A stretch of 63,853 bases of DNA, filler included, from Basidiobolus ranarum (GCA_040143965.1; 37 parts of 37 records of this genome joined end to end with filler, not necessarily neighbours in it), one strand, 5' to 3'; shown: positions 50,077 to 63,852, counted from the first letter of the whole stretch. Numbers and translations: made by a program. The notes: generated by a model from the letters alone, not told the origin.

Positions 50077-51224
50077 NNNNNNNNNNNNNNNNNNNNNNNN
50101 NNNNNNNNNNNNNNNNNNNNTTAATTAATTAANNNNNNNNNNNNNNNNNNNNNNNNNNNNNNNNNNNNNNNNNNNNAGCCACAACTCATGCTGGCCAAGA
50201 TAGAGGAACTTCAGCAGGATCAAACCAACCAACTCAGCACAGAGGTTCAAGCAAAGTTCCTTCTATGGAAATATCAAGGAGACAACAAAAATAACAGCAA
50301 CAAATCAGCATGTACTGCCTCACACGTGGGCAACCACTGAATGCTCTTGTTAATATTTACCTTATCCTATCTTCACTGTTTAACATATCTTGTGAAATCA
50401 ATATGGATTGCAGTTAAATATAGTATAAATTGCTTTAGTTGGATCACAATTGCTTATGTCTTCATGAAACACTGATAGGATACAATCATCATATATCAAA
50501 AAAATCAATGATAGCCTATTAATACAAGCAATTTCTCTACAAATAAATGAAAAATGTCTGTCAATAATAAGCTTGTGCAGCTATATTGGCTTGATATGGC
50601 TTATTCTATTCACATTATCACCCAATTAGAAGCCTATACAATTGAGTGAATTATTTGCTGATCTAAAAATGGTGAATCAAGCAATCCTGAACATTACTAG
50701 CATACTGCAGATTGATCCATCACAAAGTGCTGTGATTTGTTACTGTTGTGCCAAAACTACTGGTGTTTTGTGATGCAGGAGCCATTGGGCCCAGTTGAAA
50801 ATCAAGATATTGTGTTAGTGAGAGACAAATGATTGGCCTAAAACATGTGAATGTCTTGGTTATACATTTGATTTGACAAGTTGCAATATAAATTGTTTAT
50901 TGTTACACATTCAGTAATTTGGAAGTTACAAACTAGGGGATGAACTTGCTTTGTCAGTTACCCAAAATCATAATTTGGCAATACTAAATGGGGTAGCTTA
51001 GTATGTGCTAGCACACTGGCAATGCTAAGTTAGTTAACCTGGTATAGGCTGACGCAATATCTTCAAAAAAATAATTGTGTCTGACTGTGGTGTGATAGTG
51101 CCATATTGTTCCTTAGAGTATCCAATTAAATGCTATAGGACCCAGCCATGGTCATTGACAGATTGTGCCAGATGGTTTGTTAGCAGGCTGGATCAAGTGG
51201 CACAATCTGACCTGGTCAAATGGA

Positions 51225-51800
51225 ACAAGTCTTATGAATACCATCAAGACTGCCATCACACCATTAAAATCCCTGGCAGAATGCAAGCTACCAATATTGT
51301 GACAGATCTCTGATGGTTTTGCAATTTAAAAGGAAAGATCCAATTTGGATCAAATTGATTTCTTTTTTGTTGGGGGGTCAGCCTGTAGATAGGCCCAAAT
51401 GGTTTTCTTTTTCCCTCTTGTAGATATATAGGGCAATCATATTGGTGGTGAGCTGGGAGTATATCAGATTTCTTTTTGTCAAAGACATCAGCAAAGGCCA
51501 AGTATTTGGGTAGAGCTTAGCAACCATAGGTTTTGTTGGTTTCTGCTTTTCAGCAATACTGTCAATGGATATTGGCTTCATAGATGTTTTGAGGATTTGG
51601 GCTGATGTTGAGTTGGGTACTATGCGGGTTGGAAATATGGCCTAGGAGGTGGAGTTTGCTTGAACAAGATCCATAATATTTTCTCAGAGCCCATATTGGA
51701 ATTGGTTGATCAGGGCAGATTCTCCCCAATAGAGATCACGGACACACAGGTGGAATTCTGCAGCATATGTTGATGCAGGCTTTGACTCTTGTTTAAGTGC
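51225..51800. mobile_element. CACTA right end (terminus 51375) abutting a Gypsy gag/pol deletion remnant (minus)
   Basis: ...TTTTTTGTTGGGG terminus. AFADVFDKKKSDILPAH...PFGPIY on minus. Confidence 0.8.
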
Positions 51801-51900
51801 NNNNNNNNNNNNNNNNNNNNNNNNNNNNNNNNNNNNNNNNNNNNTTAATTAATTAANNNNNNNNNNNNNNNNNNNNNNNNNNNNNNNNNNNNNNNNNNNN

Positions 51901-52630
51901 TGCTTACATCTGGACAAAACTATAAATGTCAACTTTCTACTCAATAAATCAATAAGTGAGAACCACCAATTTCTCTAATTCTCCAAACCACTTCCAACAG
52001 GCTCCCAAATACTTTAACAGATTATGAGCCCCAAGCTTGCATTCTCTGTAATTTCTACTTCTCAAATTCATGGAACTTTTCTCTCTTCTGAAAAATTGGA
52101 TGGAACCAATTATCAAGTTTGGAAAATTAAAATGAAGATGCTGCTGCAAGAAAAAGAACTTTGGCACACTGTTGTGAGAGAAGAAAAAAGTACAAAGCCA
52201 TTGGAAACCAAATTTTACCCAAAGGTTAAAAACAAACAAAGTGCCTTAAACAAAATTTGTCTGGATGTCAATGACAAATTGCTAATTCAATGTTCAAGAG
52301 CTAAAACTGCCAAGAAGATATGGAAAGCCTTCAAAAACACCTACCAAACAAGTTCTGATGCCAACAAGATGATTCTAAGAAGATAATTCTTCAACTTAGA
52401 CATAAAGCCAGGAAAAGACATTATATCATTAATTAATAGAGTCACTATTTTAGTTGATGAAATGCAATGCATTGGAATACCTACTACTGATCAAGATATT
52501 ATAGTTACAGTATTGAATAGCCTGCCACACACATTTCAGAGCCAAGTAGTGCTCTAGAATCAAGAACTGAAAATTTGACCTTAAATTATAAATTTGGCAG
52601 ACTTCTGTATGAACATTTATGCAAATAGGG
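51901..52630 (+). mobile_element. Copia family B 5' LTR end, PBS and gag
   Basis: ...TTTAACA, then GATTATGAGCCC (52020-52031). KLDGTNYQVWKIKMKMLLQEKELW...AKTAKKIW. Confidence 0.9.
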
Positions 52631-53523
52631 TGTCATGAATCTGATTTTGGCTTACTCATCCACTACAAATGAACTAATCTATTATTAGACTATGACATCA
52701 CATCCAACTCTGGAACCCAAGATCTCCTCACCAACTAAGTTTGATGGCACTAGCCAAAACTATTGGGGTTTTATTAACCAAGTAAAACTCATCATCCAGC
52801 TACATCCCCATTGCTACCCATCTGACCAAACAAAAGAAGGCCTAGTGGTTATTATCAGGAACAGATATATCTTGGTTTTCTTCTTTGATGGAAAGTCAAT
52901 CTCCACTTCTTTCAAATTTCCTTGCCCTCCTGGCTGTACTGGAAGCTACATTTGGAAATGCAGACATGGAAAGAACTTCAGCTACCAAACTCCATGCACT
53001 CAAACAGAAGTCAAAGCCTGCATCAACTTATGCTGCAGATTTTTGCCTTCTTACCTGTATTCTCCATTGGGCAGAATCTGACCTGTTCAACCAGTTCCGT
53101 TATGGACTTTAAGAAAATATCAAGATTCTTCTACTAACTATGGCTGACCCAGTGACCTTGACTGATTCTATACCTTAGACAGTTAAATGTGACAACCAAT
53201 TGTTTGAAAGACAACAACAACAAAATACGGTTCCTTTCTACTCACCTGCCACATCTACTTTCAGAACTCCCTTCCACCAAACACAGAATACAGCACAAGG
53301 GGATGACCCTATGCAAATTGATGGAACTTGATTCCAAAAGCTTAGCCCTGAGGAGAAATATCAATGCAAACAAGAGAATCTATGCCACTATTGTGAGGCT
53401 CCTGGGCATGTAGTGTCATGATTCTGATCTTGGCATACTGATCCACTACAAATAGAACTCCTCTATTATTAGATTATGACATCATATCTGCTGTGCCATC
53501 CCTTCTTGGCAATCTGGTGTCAG
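52631..53523 (+). mobile_element. Gypsy (truncated LTR plus gag) nested in Copia gag, itself hit by another Gypsy LTR at 53414
   Basis: TGTCATGA at 52631 and 53414. EPKISSPTKFDG...DPMQIDG...CHYCEAPGH. Confidence 0.88.
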
Positions 53524-53739
53524 NNNNNNNNNNNNNNNNNNNNNNNNNNNNNNNNNNNNNNNNNNNNTTAATTAATTAANNNNNNNNNNNNNNNNNNNNN
53601 NNNNNNNNNNNNNNNNNNNNNNNTCAATGTATGGTAGTTTGGCATTTCAGCTATACAAGCAACTGATTGGCCTTAGACTTTGTGTTCAGATGCTGTCACC
53701 ATACTCCATATTTTCCTCTTTGGGAATTACTGCTGGTAC

Positions 53740-54705
53740 CACAAGTCACCAGACTTTCAACAATATTATCAACTATTCTCAATTCAAATTTACTTAGAGC
53801 ATTTTTACCAACTAAGAAGTTCTCAGATACATATATATTTTGAGCTTGTGCTAGAAGCCCCAAACTTTGTGCAAATGTTCCTGGGACCATCCTTAACACA
53901 TTCTACATGTTAGTTTGTTTACATCTTGACAAAACTATAAATGTCAACTTTCTATTTAATAGATCAAAAGTGAAAATCACCAATTCCTCTAATTCTCCAA
54001 ACCACTTCCAACAGGCTCCCAACTACTTTAACAGGTGGTGAGCCCTAAGCTTGCACTCACTGTAATGTCTACTTCTCAAATATATGGAACTTTTCCCTCT
54101 TCTGAAGTATTGGATGCAACCAATTCCCTAGTTTGGAAAATCAAAATGAAAATGCTGCTGCAAGAAAAAGAACTTTGGGATAATGTTGTAGAGGAAGAAC
54201 ATAATGCAAGACTATCTGAAACCAAGCTTTTATTGCAAGTTAAAAAAGAATCAAGTGCCTTTAACAAAATTTGTTGTGATGCTAAAGACAAATTGCTAAT
54301 TCACTGTTCATGAGCTACAACAGTCAACAAGATGTGTAAAGCTTTGGAAGTCCCTTAAAACAATTTGTCTAAATGCTAAAGACAAATTTCTAATTCAATG
54401 TTCAAGAGCTAAAACAGTCAAGAAGGTATGGAAAGCCTTGGATGACACCTACCAAATGAGTTCTGCTGCCAACAAGATGTTTTTAAGAAGACAACTCTTT
54501 AACTTAACAATGCAGCCATAAACACATCAAATCACTAATTAATAGAGTTACTATTTTAGTGGATGAAATGGAATGCATTGCTGTACCAACTACTGTTCAA
54601 GATATCATAGTTACAGTCCTGAAAATTCTGCCACACAAGTTTCCAAGTATAGTAATGGATCTAGAATCAAGAACTGAAAATTTGACCTTAAATTATGTAT
54701 TGGGC
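53740..54705 (+). mobile_element. Copia family B LTR, decayed PBS and gag (with a 94-bp internal duplication)
   Basis: LTR ends at 54033, then GGTGGTGAGCCC. Gag is homologous to 52024-52630, with duplication units at 54268 and 54362. Confidence 0.85.
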
Positions 54706-55246
54706 TGTCACAATAAGTAACTGGACAAGGACTGGAAACAACAACAAGAGGCTAGAAGGAAGGAGAGTACATAGGTGTAGACCACAAGACAAGACTGGAC
54801 AGGGAAAATACTTTGGCAAGAATCTTTATTGATAACTGCCATTGATCAGACTGAGGTCTGATCAAGGAATACATGAGGCTTATATAGATATTGCCGGGTG
54901 AAACATAATATACTGAATAGGGAATATACTGTGGCAAGTTCTAGTGTTGGGGTGTTGGGGACTACAAGGACCAATACAAAGAGGGATGAAGTAAGTATGA
55001 TCAGGTGACCTTCCATGGCAGGTGTTGGTGGAAAGACACTAAGTATGGGATGACATGATTGGTTAGGCTTGATGGAGTGTTCCAAAGAACATGACTTCCA
55101 TATAAGGTAATCTGGATGAACTAACATAAGATTGCCATGAAGGGATGGCTCAGCAGATATGATGTCATAATCTAATAATAGAAGAGGTCTATTTGCAGTG
55201 GATGAGTATTCCAAGATCAGCATCATGACAGTATCCCCTCCTTTAG
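54706..55246 (-). mobile_element. complete Gypsy 3' LTR (54706-55230) with PPT
   Basis: PPT AAAGGAGGGGA, then LTR TGTCATGA...TTGTGACA of 525 bp, with internal TATATAAG and AATAAA. Confidence 0.92.
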
Positions 55247-57068
55247 NNNNNNNNNNNNNNNNNNNNNNNNNNNNNNNNNNNNNNNNNNNNTTAATTAATT
55301 AANNNNNNNNNNNNNNNNNNNNNNNNNNNNNNNNNNNNNNNNNNNNTTTACAGCATCCTATTTAAGCAATGCCACTCATTGAGCAATGTAGTAAAGTATT
55401 GTTGAGTATAATAGGTCTTTGCCACACTGACATAATATGTGTAGTTGGCATAGAGGACAAATGTAGGCTGTAGTTAGCTGAGAAATAAATTAGTTGCCTG
55501 CTAGGGCTTGCTAAAGGCAGTGGTGGAAGTGTTACATTTTATATACCAAATCTATTACTATCAGTAAAAGTATTATACCTCAATGTATATTGGCATATGC
55601 AGCAGTTATTTGCCTTGTAGATAGCAAATAGAATTAGTCAGTAGCAACACCATTTGCCAATATAAAGTCAAAGTGGATCAAATGAAAAGTGATCATAATC
55701 CCAATCATCACAATGCCACTTTAACATATCCCTTTACTTATCCAAAATTACTTGACCAGATTGTTTTTGTGAGCCTTGTGTTTACAATTGCTCACTCTGC
55801 CAACTTGATAAATTGAAATCAGAATTTGATGGAACAGTCACACTAATAAGCATACAAGAACAATCTGTGATTTGGTCTTCTAATATAAGTATCAGTGTTG
55901 CAATATCTCCAAATTCAGTGATTAATGATCACATATTGATAACAAAACTATAATAAGATGAGTTGCTATTTACTTGTTTTCAGCAGTTGCACTCAAAAAA
56001 ATACATTTTATATTCTTTAGCTAAGCTCTTTGTTGTTAACTTCAATAATACTTTAGTTTAAGGTTTGACCCAGATGTGAGTAATTGATATAAAGCATAGT
56101 CTTTTTAGCCAACAAAATAAAACTTCATTCGTCTTAAACAAAATAATAGCACCTTATTTCAGGCATCTCTAGTCAGTCAGTAACTTCCCTAGCTATGCAA
56201 TTTCATATGCCTCAGCATAAACTGTCCCAAACCCCACTTTTGATCACTTTTTGCAATTTATATTTTATAGCTCCATTAGTTAGATAAAGTATCCTTGAGC
56301 TGTGCTTTTTTGGTACCAGTACTTTTGCTTAGTAGGCTTCATTATAACACTGCAAGTTCTGTGTATCTGGAATCCTTATATTTTCAGGTATTGCATGATC
56401 CACCGTGCCAGGACACTACAATGTTAATTGTGTGGATTATTTATGAATCTATGATGAATTGGTGACACTTTCCTTGATTGAATGTTGGGTTCAACTTTTG
56501 TTGACATAGGCAGAATGTCATTTATTCTCTTGCAATGCAGAAAGCTATTCAACCAGTATTTAGAACTTAAATTCCAGGTACTATGGGGCTTGATCTAGAG
56601 TTGGGGGTGTGTCAATGAATAGCATGTAAGAACACTAATCACCATGCTAACATTAAAGCTACTTTCTAGGTCAGTTTCTCCTTTTAAGTAAGCTTTTTGA
56701 TCCAGAAATATCTTACAAGATATGTTACACAAGACATGCAACTATATCAGATCAAGACAAAGCAGGAGTTTTGTATATCAGTTCAGAACTGTGTGCACTG
56801 GGTTAACTGAATATTAAGTTAATACAGAAAGTTAAAACACTCTTTTTCTGTAAATATACATCCACAACATTTATGACATCTGATTCCTTACATCAGACAC
56901 CTTCTTAGCTTATGATCTTGCACAGCAGCTACCAAGTAAGCCTTTACCCCCCTTAAGAACCTACTACTNNNNNNNNNNNNNNNNNNNNNNNNNNNNNNNN
57001 NNNNNNNNNNNNTTAATTAATTAANNNNNNNNNNNNNNNNNNNNNNNNNNNNNNNNNNNNNNNNNNNN

Positions 57069-57464
57069 AACAATCATACAATGGCGGGCTTTGATGGTGA
57101 AATTGCAACAAACTTGTGTTGGGTATGAGCTAAAGCTTGGGTATGATGAACTCTATGAAAATATTCAGGAGAATACATCAAAAAGACTAGGGATTTTGAA
57201 GGTGACAAATTAGTGTTCAAGTGGTAGTTGATTAAAATTTCAGTTACATTTTTTGCACATGTGTTGATCCATAGTTCTCTGAGATTGTAGCCAATCATGT
57301 GCAACTATTTTGCAAGATCTTGAAATTCACTCTTGAAACTGAAAAAATTGATTAAAATCAAATCTAACTTGACAATTTTATGACAATAAGTAAACAGTCA
57401 ATCCCAAATGGATTAAAATTGTGATAGTTTTCCTACAATAACAATTCACAAATTTCTGTTAGGG
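57069..57464 (-). mobile_element. CACTA left end (terminus 57464)
   Basis: ...AATTTCTGTTAGGG abutting the transposase of another copy. Confidence 0.85.
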
Positions 57465-58663
57465 TCACTGTATCTGCCTGAGATCTGGCAATGTGAGTTG
57501 ATGCCCTAAAAATATATTAAAAATATCAATAACAACTCCCAATGATGCCAATACTTACCAGGCAGAAATCTTTTCAAAATTTCACTTTATTGTAAACAAA
57601 TCCAATATTTCCAGTTGTTGCATTTGAATAAACACCTAGATGAGTCAATATTAATGGGAGTCCTGGTAAAATATGATGGTATCTTGACATTTTCAAGCTT
57701 TTTCCCAATCTATTCCAACTTTGATCCTATCTCAAATGGCTCATTCATTTCAAATTTTCCACTATATAGCAGGGTAAGTGGTATTGGAACATTGTTGAAT
57801 AGTAAGTGCATAGTGCCTGATGGGAAACTCTGGCTCTAGCTGATCCCCTTTAGCAACACAATCTTAGGCTTATGGCTAATTCCAAGTTTGATGTTAGATT
57901 GACTATTTGGTGAAATGATATCAGTGATGATGTTGAAATCTGACCTGGTTCTTGATGGTAAGATCATGGAGTTTAGTGTTGTATTTGGATATTAGTAATG
58001 TGTATGCCTGATAGAGTAAACTCCATTGATTTGACAAAATGTACAGCAAGATAGTGCATAGTGCCCAAGAAAACCTCCAAGTTTACTGATGGCAGGAGTG
58101 TCACCAATACATACAATGATTTTAGCTTTGATAAAATATTGACTCATCTGAATCCCATTAGATAACCATTCAAATTCCACAATCAAAGGCTCCAAGAGGC
58201 TATCTATAAGCACTGGAGATTTAGGTCCAGATATGATGGAGAGTATCAAAATATTATGAATCTTGTACCATTCAGAAGGAGGAAGCTTTAAGTTACTTAA
58301 AATAATTGGCCAGCAAGCCTTTCCAATGGTATATTTGTTTAGCAAGAAACCATCCAGAGCCAATGTAAATGCACAATCATACATATTCTCAAAGAAACCT
58401 TGATTTCTCCAAATCTGGTATTGATATCCATCAAGTATATTGGTAATACCATCAGCTTTACGGTGAGTACTTAGGTATTGGATCAATGGTCTATATTTAG
58501 GTGATTTCATCAAAACTTTAAGACAGGGAATCAATGGTTTGTAAGCCAAATATGAACAATATTTACCCAATTTAGTGATTACCAATTGTGTGAAAAAAGT
58601 ACATGACTTCAGGTTTTTCAGATCACTGGTGAAAGCCAAGCAACCATTTGGACATGAACACAT
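57465..58663 (-). pseudogene. CACTA/En-Spm transposase catalytic region (Transposase_21/tnp2)
   Basis: CPNGCLAF, LALDGF, WPIILSNLKLPP, GPKSP..DSLLEPL, IGDTPAISKLGGFLGH..CxxC, continuing past a stop to MHLLFNNV. Confidence 0.92.
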
Positions 58664-58859
58664 GGCAATCTACATGGAAAGCTTGCCAGCNNNNNNNNNN
58701 NNNNNNNNNNNNNNNNNNNNNNNNNNNNNNNNNNTTAATTAATTAANNNNNNNNNNNNNNNNNNNNNNNNNNNNNNNNNNNNNNNNNNNNTGCCAGAGGG
58801 TGATGGATAGTGCCAAATTGTGCCGCATAAATTTTAGAATACTTTATCCAATATGATAT

Positions 58860-60411
58860 ATACAGCACAATCTGGCACTATCACAGAGAACAAGTCCATT
58901 AACTCAAGTGTTGAAAAGCTTGATGGAGAAAACTCCAATTTCTGGAAGTTCAAGATGCAAATCATGATGGAAGACAGGGAGCTTTGGGATGTAGTCTCTG
59001 GAGATGAAAAGAAACCTTCTGACCCTTCTTTATTGGAAGCTTACAAGAAAAGAGACAAGAAGGCCTTTAATGTCTTTTGTCAAAGTATGAAGGATTAACA
59101 ACTTATGAATATTCAATATGCAAATACTTCCCATCAAGCTTGGACTATGTTGGGAGAGTGCTATGAAGCAAAGAGTCTTGCTAATAGACTCTTTCTCAGA
59201 CAAAAATTCTTCAATATTAAGATGCAAAAGTCTGAAAGCATGGTTACTCAAATTGCAAATGAGAGATCTTGGTCAAATAAACTGGAAAATTTTGGTGCAT
59301 CTTTACAGCAAGAAGATGTCATTTGGACTCTTCTAAAAGGTTACCAGAACACTATTCAAACTTGGTCCCAGCTTTGCAAGCAAGATTGGACAAGTTGTCT
59401 CTGGAGTTTGTGGTGGCAAGCCTATGGATCAATAACTCAGAAGTAAGAATTTCGAACAAGAATCTGAGGAAGTGGATCATTTTGGAGCTGGAAAACATAG
59501 CTTTGGCAAGTACAAAGGTTACAAAAGAAGGAAACCAGGTTTATGCTATGGTTGTAACAAGCCGGGACACCAGATAAAAGATTGCAAATCATGAAATTAC
59601 AACAAAAATGAGAAGTCAGAACAAGCAATTCAGGTTTCAACCAAAGAAGAAGTTATATTCATTTCTGCCCTATCAGTGACCTCTGGACAAGACTGTAGGT
59701 TATGTCACATTGATTCTGGAGCCTTTTAACATTTCTCTAATCAAAAAAACTGGTTCAAGACACTCAAAACTGACATAAACAAGAAGATTTATATGGGAGA
59801 TGACTGGCCACTAGAAGCTGGGAGAGTGGGAGAAATTGAGGTGGATCTTGGGGGCATCTCTGGGGACATGTATTTGACACAGAAAAATGTGCTACTTGTG
59901 CCTGGGATAGCAAAATATTTGTTATCAGTGAGTAAAGCTACATCTGAGGGATATAGCTTTAATATTGATCAAAATGGCTTTTCAATCAGGGATCAAAAAG
60001 GAATTACCTAGCCTCTGGAGCTAAGCAAAATAACTTGTATAAACTTCATTAAACTAGGCCAATATATTTGATCAAAAACAAGATGGTTTTGGGACTAAAT
60101 TTTGTAATTCAACCAGATCTGGAGCTATGTGAAGGTTGCCTCTATGGTAGGCAATACAGACAGCCATTTTTGGGCTCTGGAATAAGCAAAAGTGATCAAA
60201 AACTTGGCCTGATACACTCAGTTCTGTGTGGCTCAATCCAGACAAAATCCTTAGGGGGAAAAAGGTATTTTATGACCTTCATTGATGATATACTTGGGGG
60301 TAGTTTCTGGGCCAGTAAGGATAAAGCCTTTAATACCTTCAAGAAGTTCAAAGCAATGGTGGAGACTGAAAAAGGTCTAAAGATTAAGATTATCCATACT
60401 GATAGTGGAGG
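58860..60411 (+). pseudogene. Ty1/Copia family A gag-pol
   Basis: KLDGENSNFWKFKM, CCHC knuckle, IDSGA, CEGCLYGRQ, FIDD, IHTDSGG. Confidence 0.95.
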
Positions 60412-60511
60412 NNNNNNNNNNNNNNNNNNNNNNNNNNNNNNNNNNNNNNNNNNNNTTAATTAATTAANNNNNNNNNNNNNNNNNNNNNNNNNNNNNNNNN
60501 NNNNNNNNNNN

Positions 60512-62132
60512 TTCTGAAGGTCTTGTATCATTGTTGAGTGACTCTCTAACTGTTGACTAGTTGCTTCCAAACACTGCATTAATTGCAATATTGCGGTGTT
60601 ATTGCTTGTCATGGCCTGTATAGCAACTTCATAGTTTTTACTTATGATTGCATACAAATCATTATAGTGTTTTGCCTGCTATTTCATTGTTGTACTAATT
60701 CTATCCAAACATTCTGCAAAGGGTTGTTCAACAGTGGGCAAAGAAGCCAATTTGGAAGTTGATGGTCTTGATGGTGTTTTGGTTGAACTTTGTCAACTAT
60801 TGATTTACTATATAACTGGGGGATTACAATCTCTTCACTTGCACTACTGCTGGAAAGGAGCATATCTGGTAAAATGATTAATGCTTCATCATTACTTGAG
60901 TTAGTTTCCAGCATATTAATGCCATCCAAAGTGGATAGTGGATCACTAGCCTGCTCAACAATTAAGTCCTCTGTTCTTACTGGTTTTTTTCCTTTTGAGC
61001 CAGCAGGCTTTGGCTGGGAAGCCATTTTTGACTTCAATTTTGAGTACTTTTTGAATGGCATTGAAATTTTCAGATTGTATGCTTGGTGTGATGAAATTGC
61101 TTAGAAGCAGCTTATAAAAAACCAATATTGCCATCCAACATCAGAATTATCTTGTAAATCCCCTGATGACTCATCTGTGACACTGTCTCAGAATCAACTG
61201 ATGATTGTGATGGGCTATACCTAAAATACCACCCTTATGTGGGAGGTGTACTTTTTTCTATAATATTTTTCTCATGCCACAACACAAATGTTTTAAGAAG
61301 CCCTGCAATTATTGAGACAAATTCTTGTGCTGTGAAAGCCAGAGGCTTCATAGTAAAAATAATCACAAGCACAGGCACAGTACAAAGGCATCTGCTGCAC
61401 AAAGCCTGGCATATAACAACAGTAATAAGTGCACAAAATTGGCTTTAGTTTTACACATTGAGTCCACTGACTGTACTTTGCATCAAAGTTTTGCTGACAC
61501 TGCCAAAAGTCAAGATACCATGGAGTTACCACAGTTATATTATCAGAGTGATGTAGGTAGAGATGCAACCTTGGTTGAACCAGTAGGTCCAGACAACTTT
61601 GAGGACTTGTTGCTAGATGTTGACCTTGGTTATTCCAGTATCAATGTTAATATATGAGAAGTTGAAGAAGAAGACACCGATCTTATAATAAACTCCTTGT
61701 TATTGCCAAACATTAGTCCACTCATAACATTAACTGTAGAGGAAGCAGCTTTAATTACTGAGGAGTGGAGAGTTCAATTCTATCTTTGCAACCAGATGTT
61801 TGTTGGTCTTCTTACACTCTTACCACAGTTGATTGGCAACTTTTACTTGCCACAGTCCTGGTACAAGTGAAAAACACTTGTCAAATGTATGACTTATAAT
61901 CCTTCAGTAATTAAACTGCCTTCATGTTCACATTGTTGTTTGGCTTTCACTGGTGATCTGAAAAACCTGAAGTCATGTACTGTTTGCGCACAATTGGCAA
62001 TCACTGAATTAGGTATATATTGTTCATATTTGGCTTACATAGGGTTGATTCCCCATCTTAAAGTTTTGATGAAATCACTCATATTTAGATCATTGATCTA
62101 ATCCCAAAATACTGACCGTAAAGCAGATGGTA
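60512..62132 (+). mobile_element. CACTA family core (ORF2 ATG 61061 on minus; transposase on plus)
   Basis: Colinear with 8682-10316 and 32918-34545. Confidence 0.88.
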
Positions 62133-62232
62133 NNNNNNNNNNNNNNNNNNNNNNNNNNNNNNNNNNNNNNNNNNNNTTAATTAATTAANNNNNNNNNNNN
62201 NNNNNNNNNNNNNNNNNNNNNNNNNNNNNNNN

Positions 62233-62404
62233 ATAGCTCATTTTACTCCCACAGATGTTCTGAACACAACCCCAGTGTTAGTTTTCTGTATTTCCACCAA
62301 AAGGTATAAATGCTTTATTTCTGGACAATAAACAATTATCTCACAAAGCTATTCACAACTCCACTTTTCTAAAGTTCCTCCAAACAGCCCATATTTTCCC
62401 AATA
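62233..62404 (+). mobile_element. Copia family A LTR, 3' half
   Basis: Matches 18375-18545 and ends CCCAATA. Confidence 0.85.
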
Positions 62405-62745
62405 GTATGCAGAAGGTGTGAACATAGTCACTGGTAGAAGAGAGCATTGAAAGAGTTCTTACTCACAATACTGATTCAAAGATTTTAAGCCTTGCAGTTG
62501 TATTGAATGCTTGGAGCCTGCAAGTTTGGCATTGTCATCCATCAGGTAACTCACCCAAAATATATATTACATGTTGAGATGAGCAATATTTCTAAGATGG
62601 AGTAAGTATGAGTTATTAGATGCTTAGATACTGACAACAGACATGATGCATGAAATAGATCTTAATGTGCATTCTTCAAATAGTATTATATAGTTATTCT
62701 TGTTGTCTCATGGTAATATCTAAACTCAAAGCTGCTGTCATCAAC

Positions 62746-63852
62746 TGTTGTGCACCAACATACCAAGTTATCTAACTTATGCCATCTCTCTACAAATTGC
62801 ATGAATATCTTTTTAGCTCATCATCATTGCAAACTAGTGACCTGACCTTATCCAGTGACTTTATCATGTAACTTATCATATGGCTAACAATCTATCTTCT
62901 TATCCTGTATATCAGATCATATGACCAATCATATGATCATCATCCAATAAGTATAAACCTTTTAGTAATCTACCCAGACACAAGTCAGTATGATTCACAA
63001 GAATCACAACCAATCATCTTTCACTACTAGGACTTCAGCTGATGTATGGCTCACTTATCCATCTATCTATCTATTCCATTGTATTCTCTTTTATCAGAAT
63101 TAGTCATCAATTATCATAGTGCAGACTAATTGACTTTGCAATCAAAAAGTATAAATTAAGCCAACTAGACATTTTGATTTAGTGTGTGTCTTGATGAATT
63201 CAATATTCCCTTTTCATCTTTATCAAAGCCTCATATTCACTATCATCTAGAAAACACCAAGCCTAGCTGCCTAGAAATCCTACTCTCTACTGTAACATAG
63301 CAACCCACTGCAATTCCCATGACATATATTAGATAGATTGGCTCTGCTAATATATGTTGTGCACCACCATACAAAGTTGTTTAAACTTATGCCATATATA
63401 TACAACTTGCTTGAATATCTGTTTAGTTTATCATTATCACTTACTAGTCACCTGACCTTGTCCAGTGACTTTATCATGTGATCTATCACATGACTAACTA
63501 TCTCCTCACTTATCCCTTCTATCAGATCATATGACCCTTCACATGATCATTATCCAATCAGTATTAATCTCTGAGTCATCTGCCTAGACACAAGTCAATT
63601 TGAGTCACAAGATTTATAACCAATGATCCTTCACTGCCAAGACTTCAGCTGATGCATGACTCACTTACCTATCCATCTATCTATCCAATCACATTTTCTT
63701 TTATCAGAATTAGTCATCTATTATCTTGGTGCTGACTAATTCACTTTGCTATCAAACAGTATAAATAAAGCTAACTGAACCTTTTGATTTAGTATGTGTC
63801 TCAACAAATATAGGATCTCAACACTTCTCAGTGTTTCTCAACAAATTCAATA
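62746..63852 (-). mobile_element. two Copia family C LTRs (62746-63205, 63355-63852) separated by 149 bp of PPT-containing 3' sequence
   Basis: Both are bounded by TGTTGTGCACC...TTCAATA on plus. The spacer is homologous to 28198-28345. Confidence 0.8.

Noticed and set aside
49860-50132. ORF-track protein MSFWLVFDRL...
   Set aside because: Wrong frame. The conserved Fanzor-like sequence (SIYYD...CFPL) is in another plus frame.
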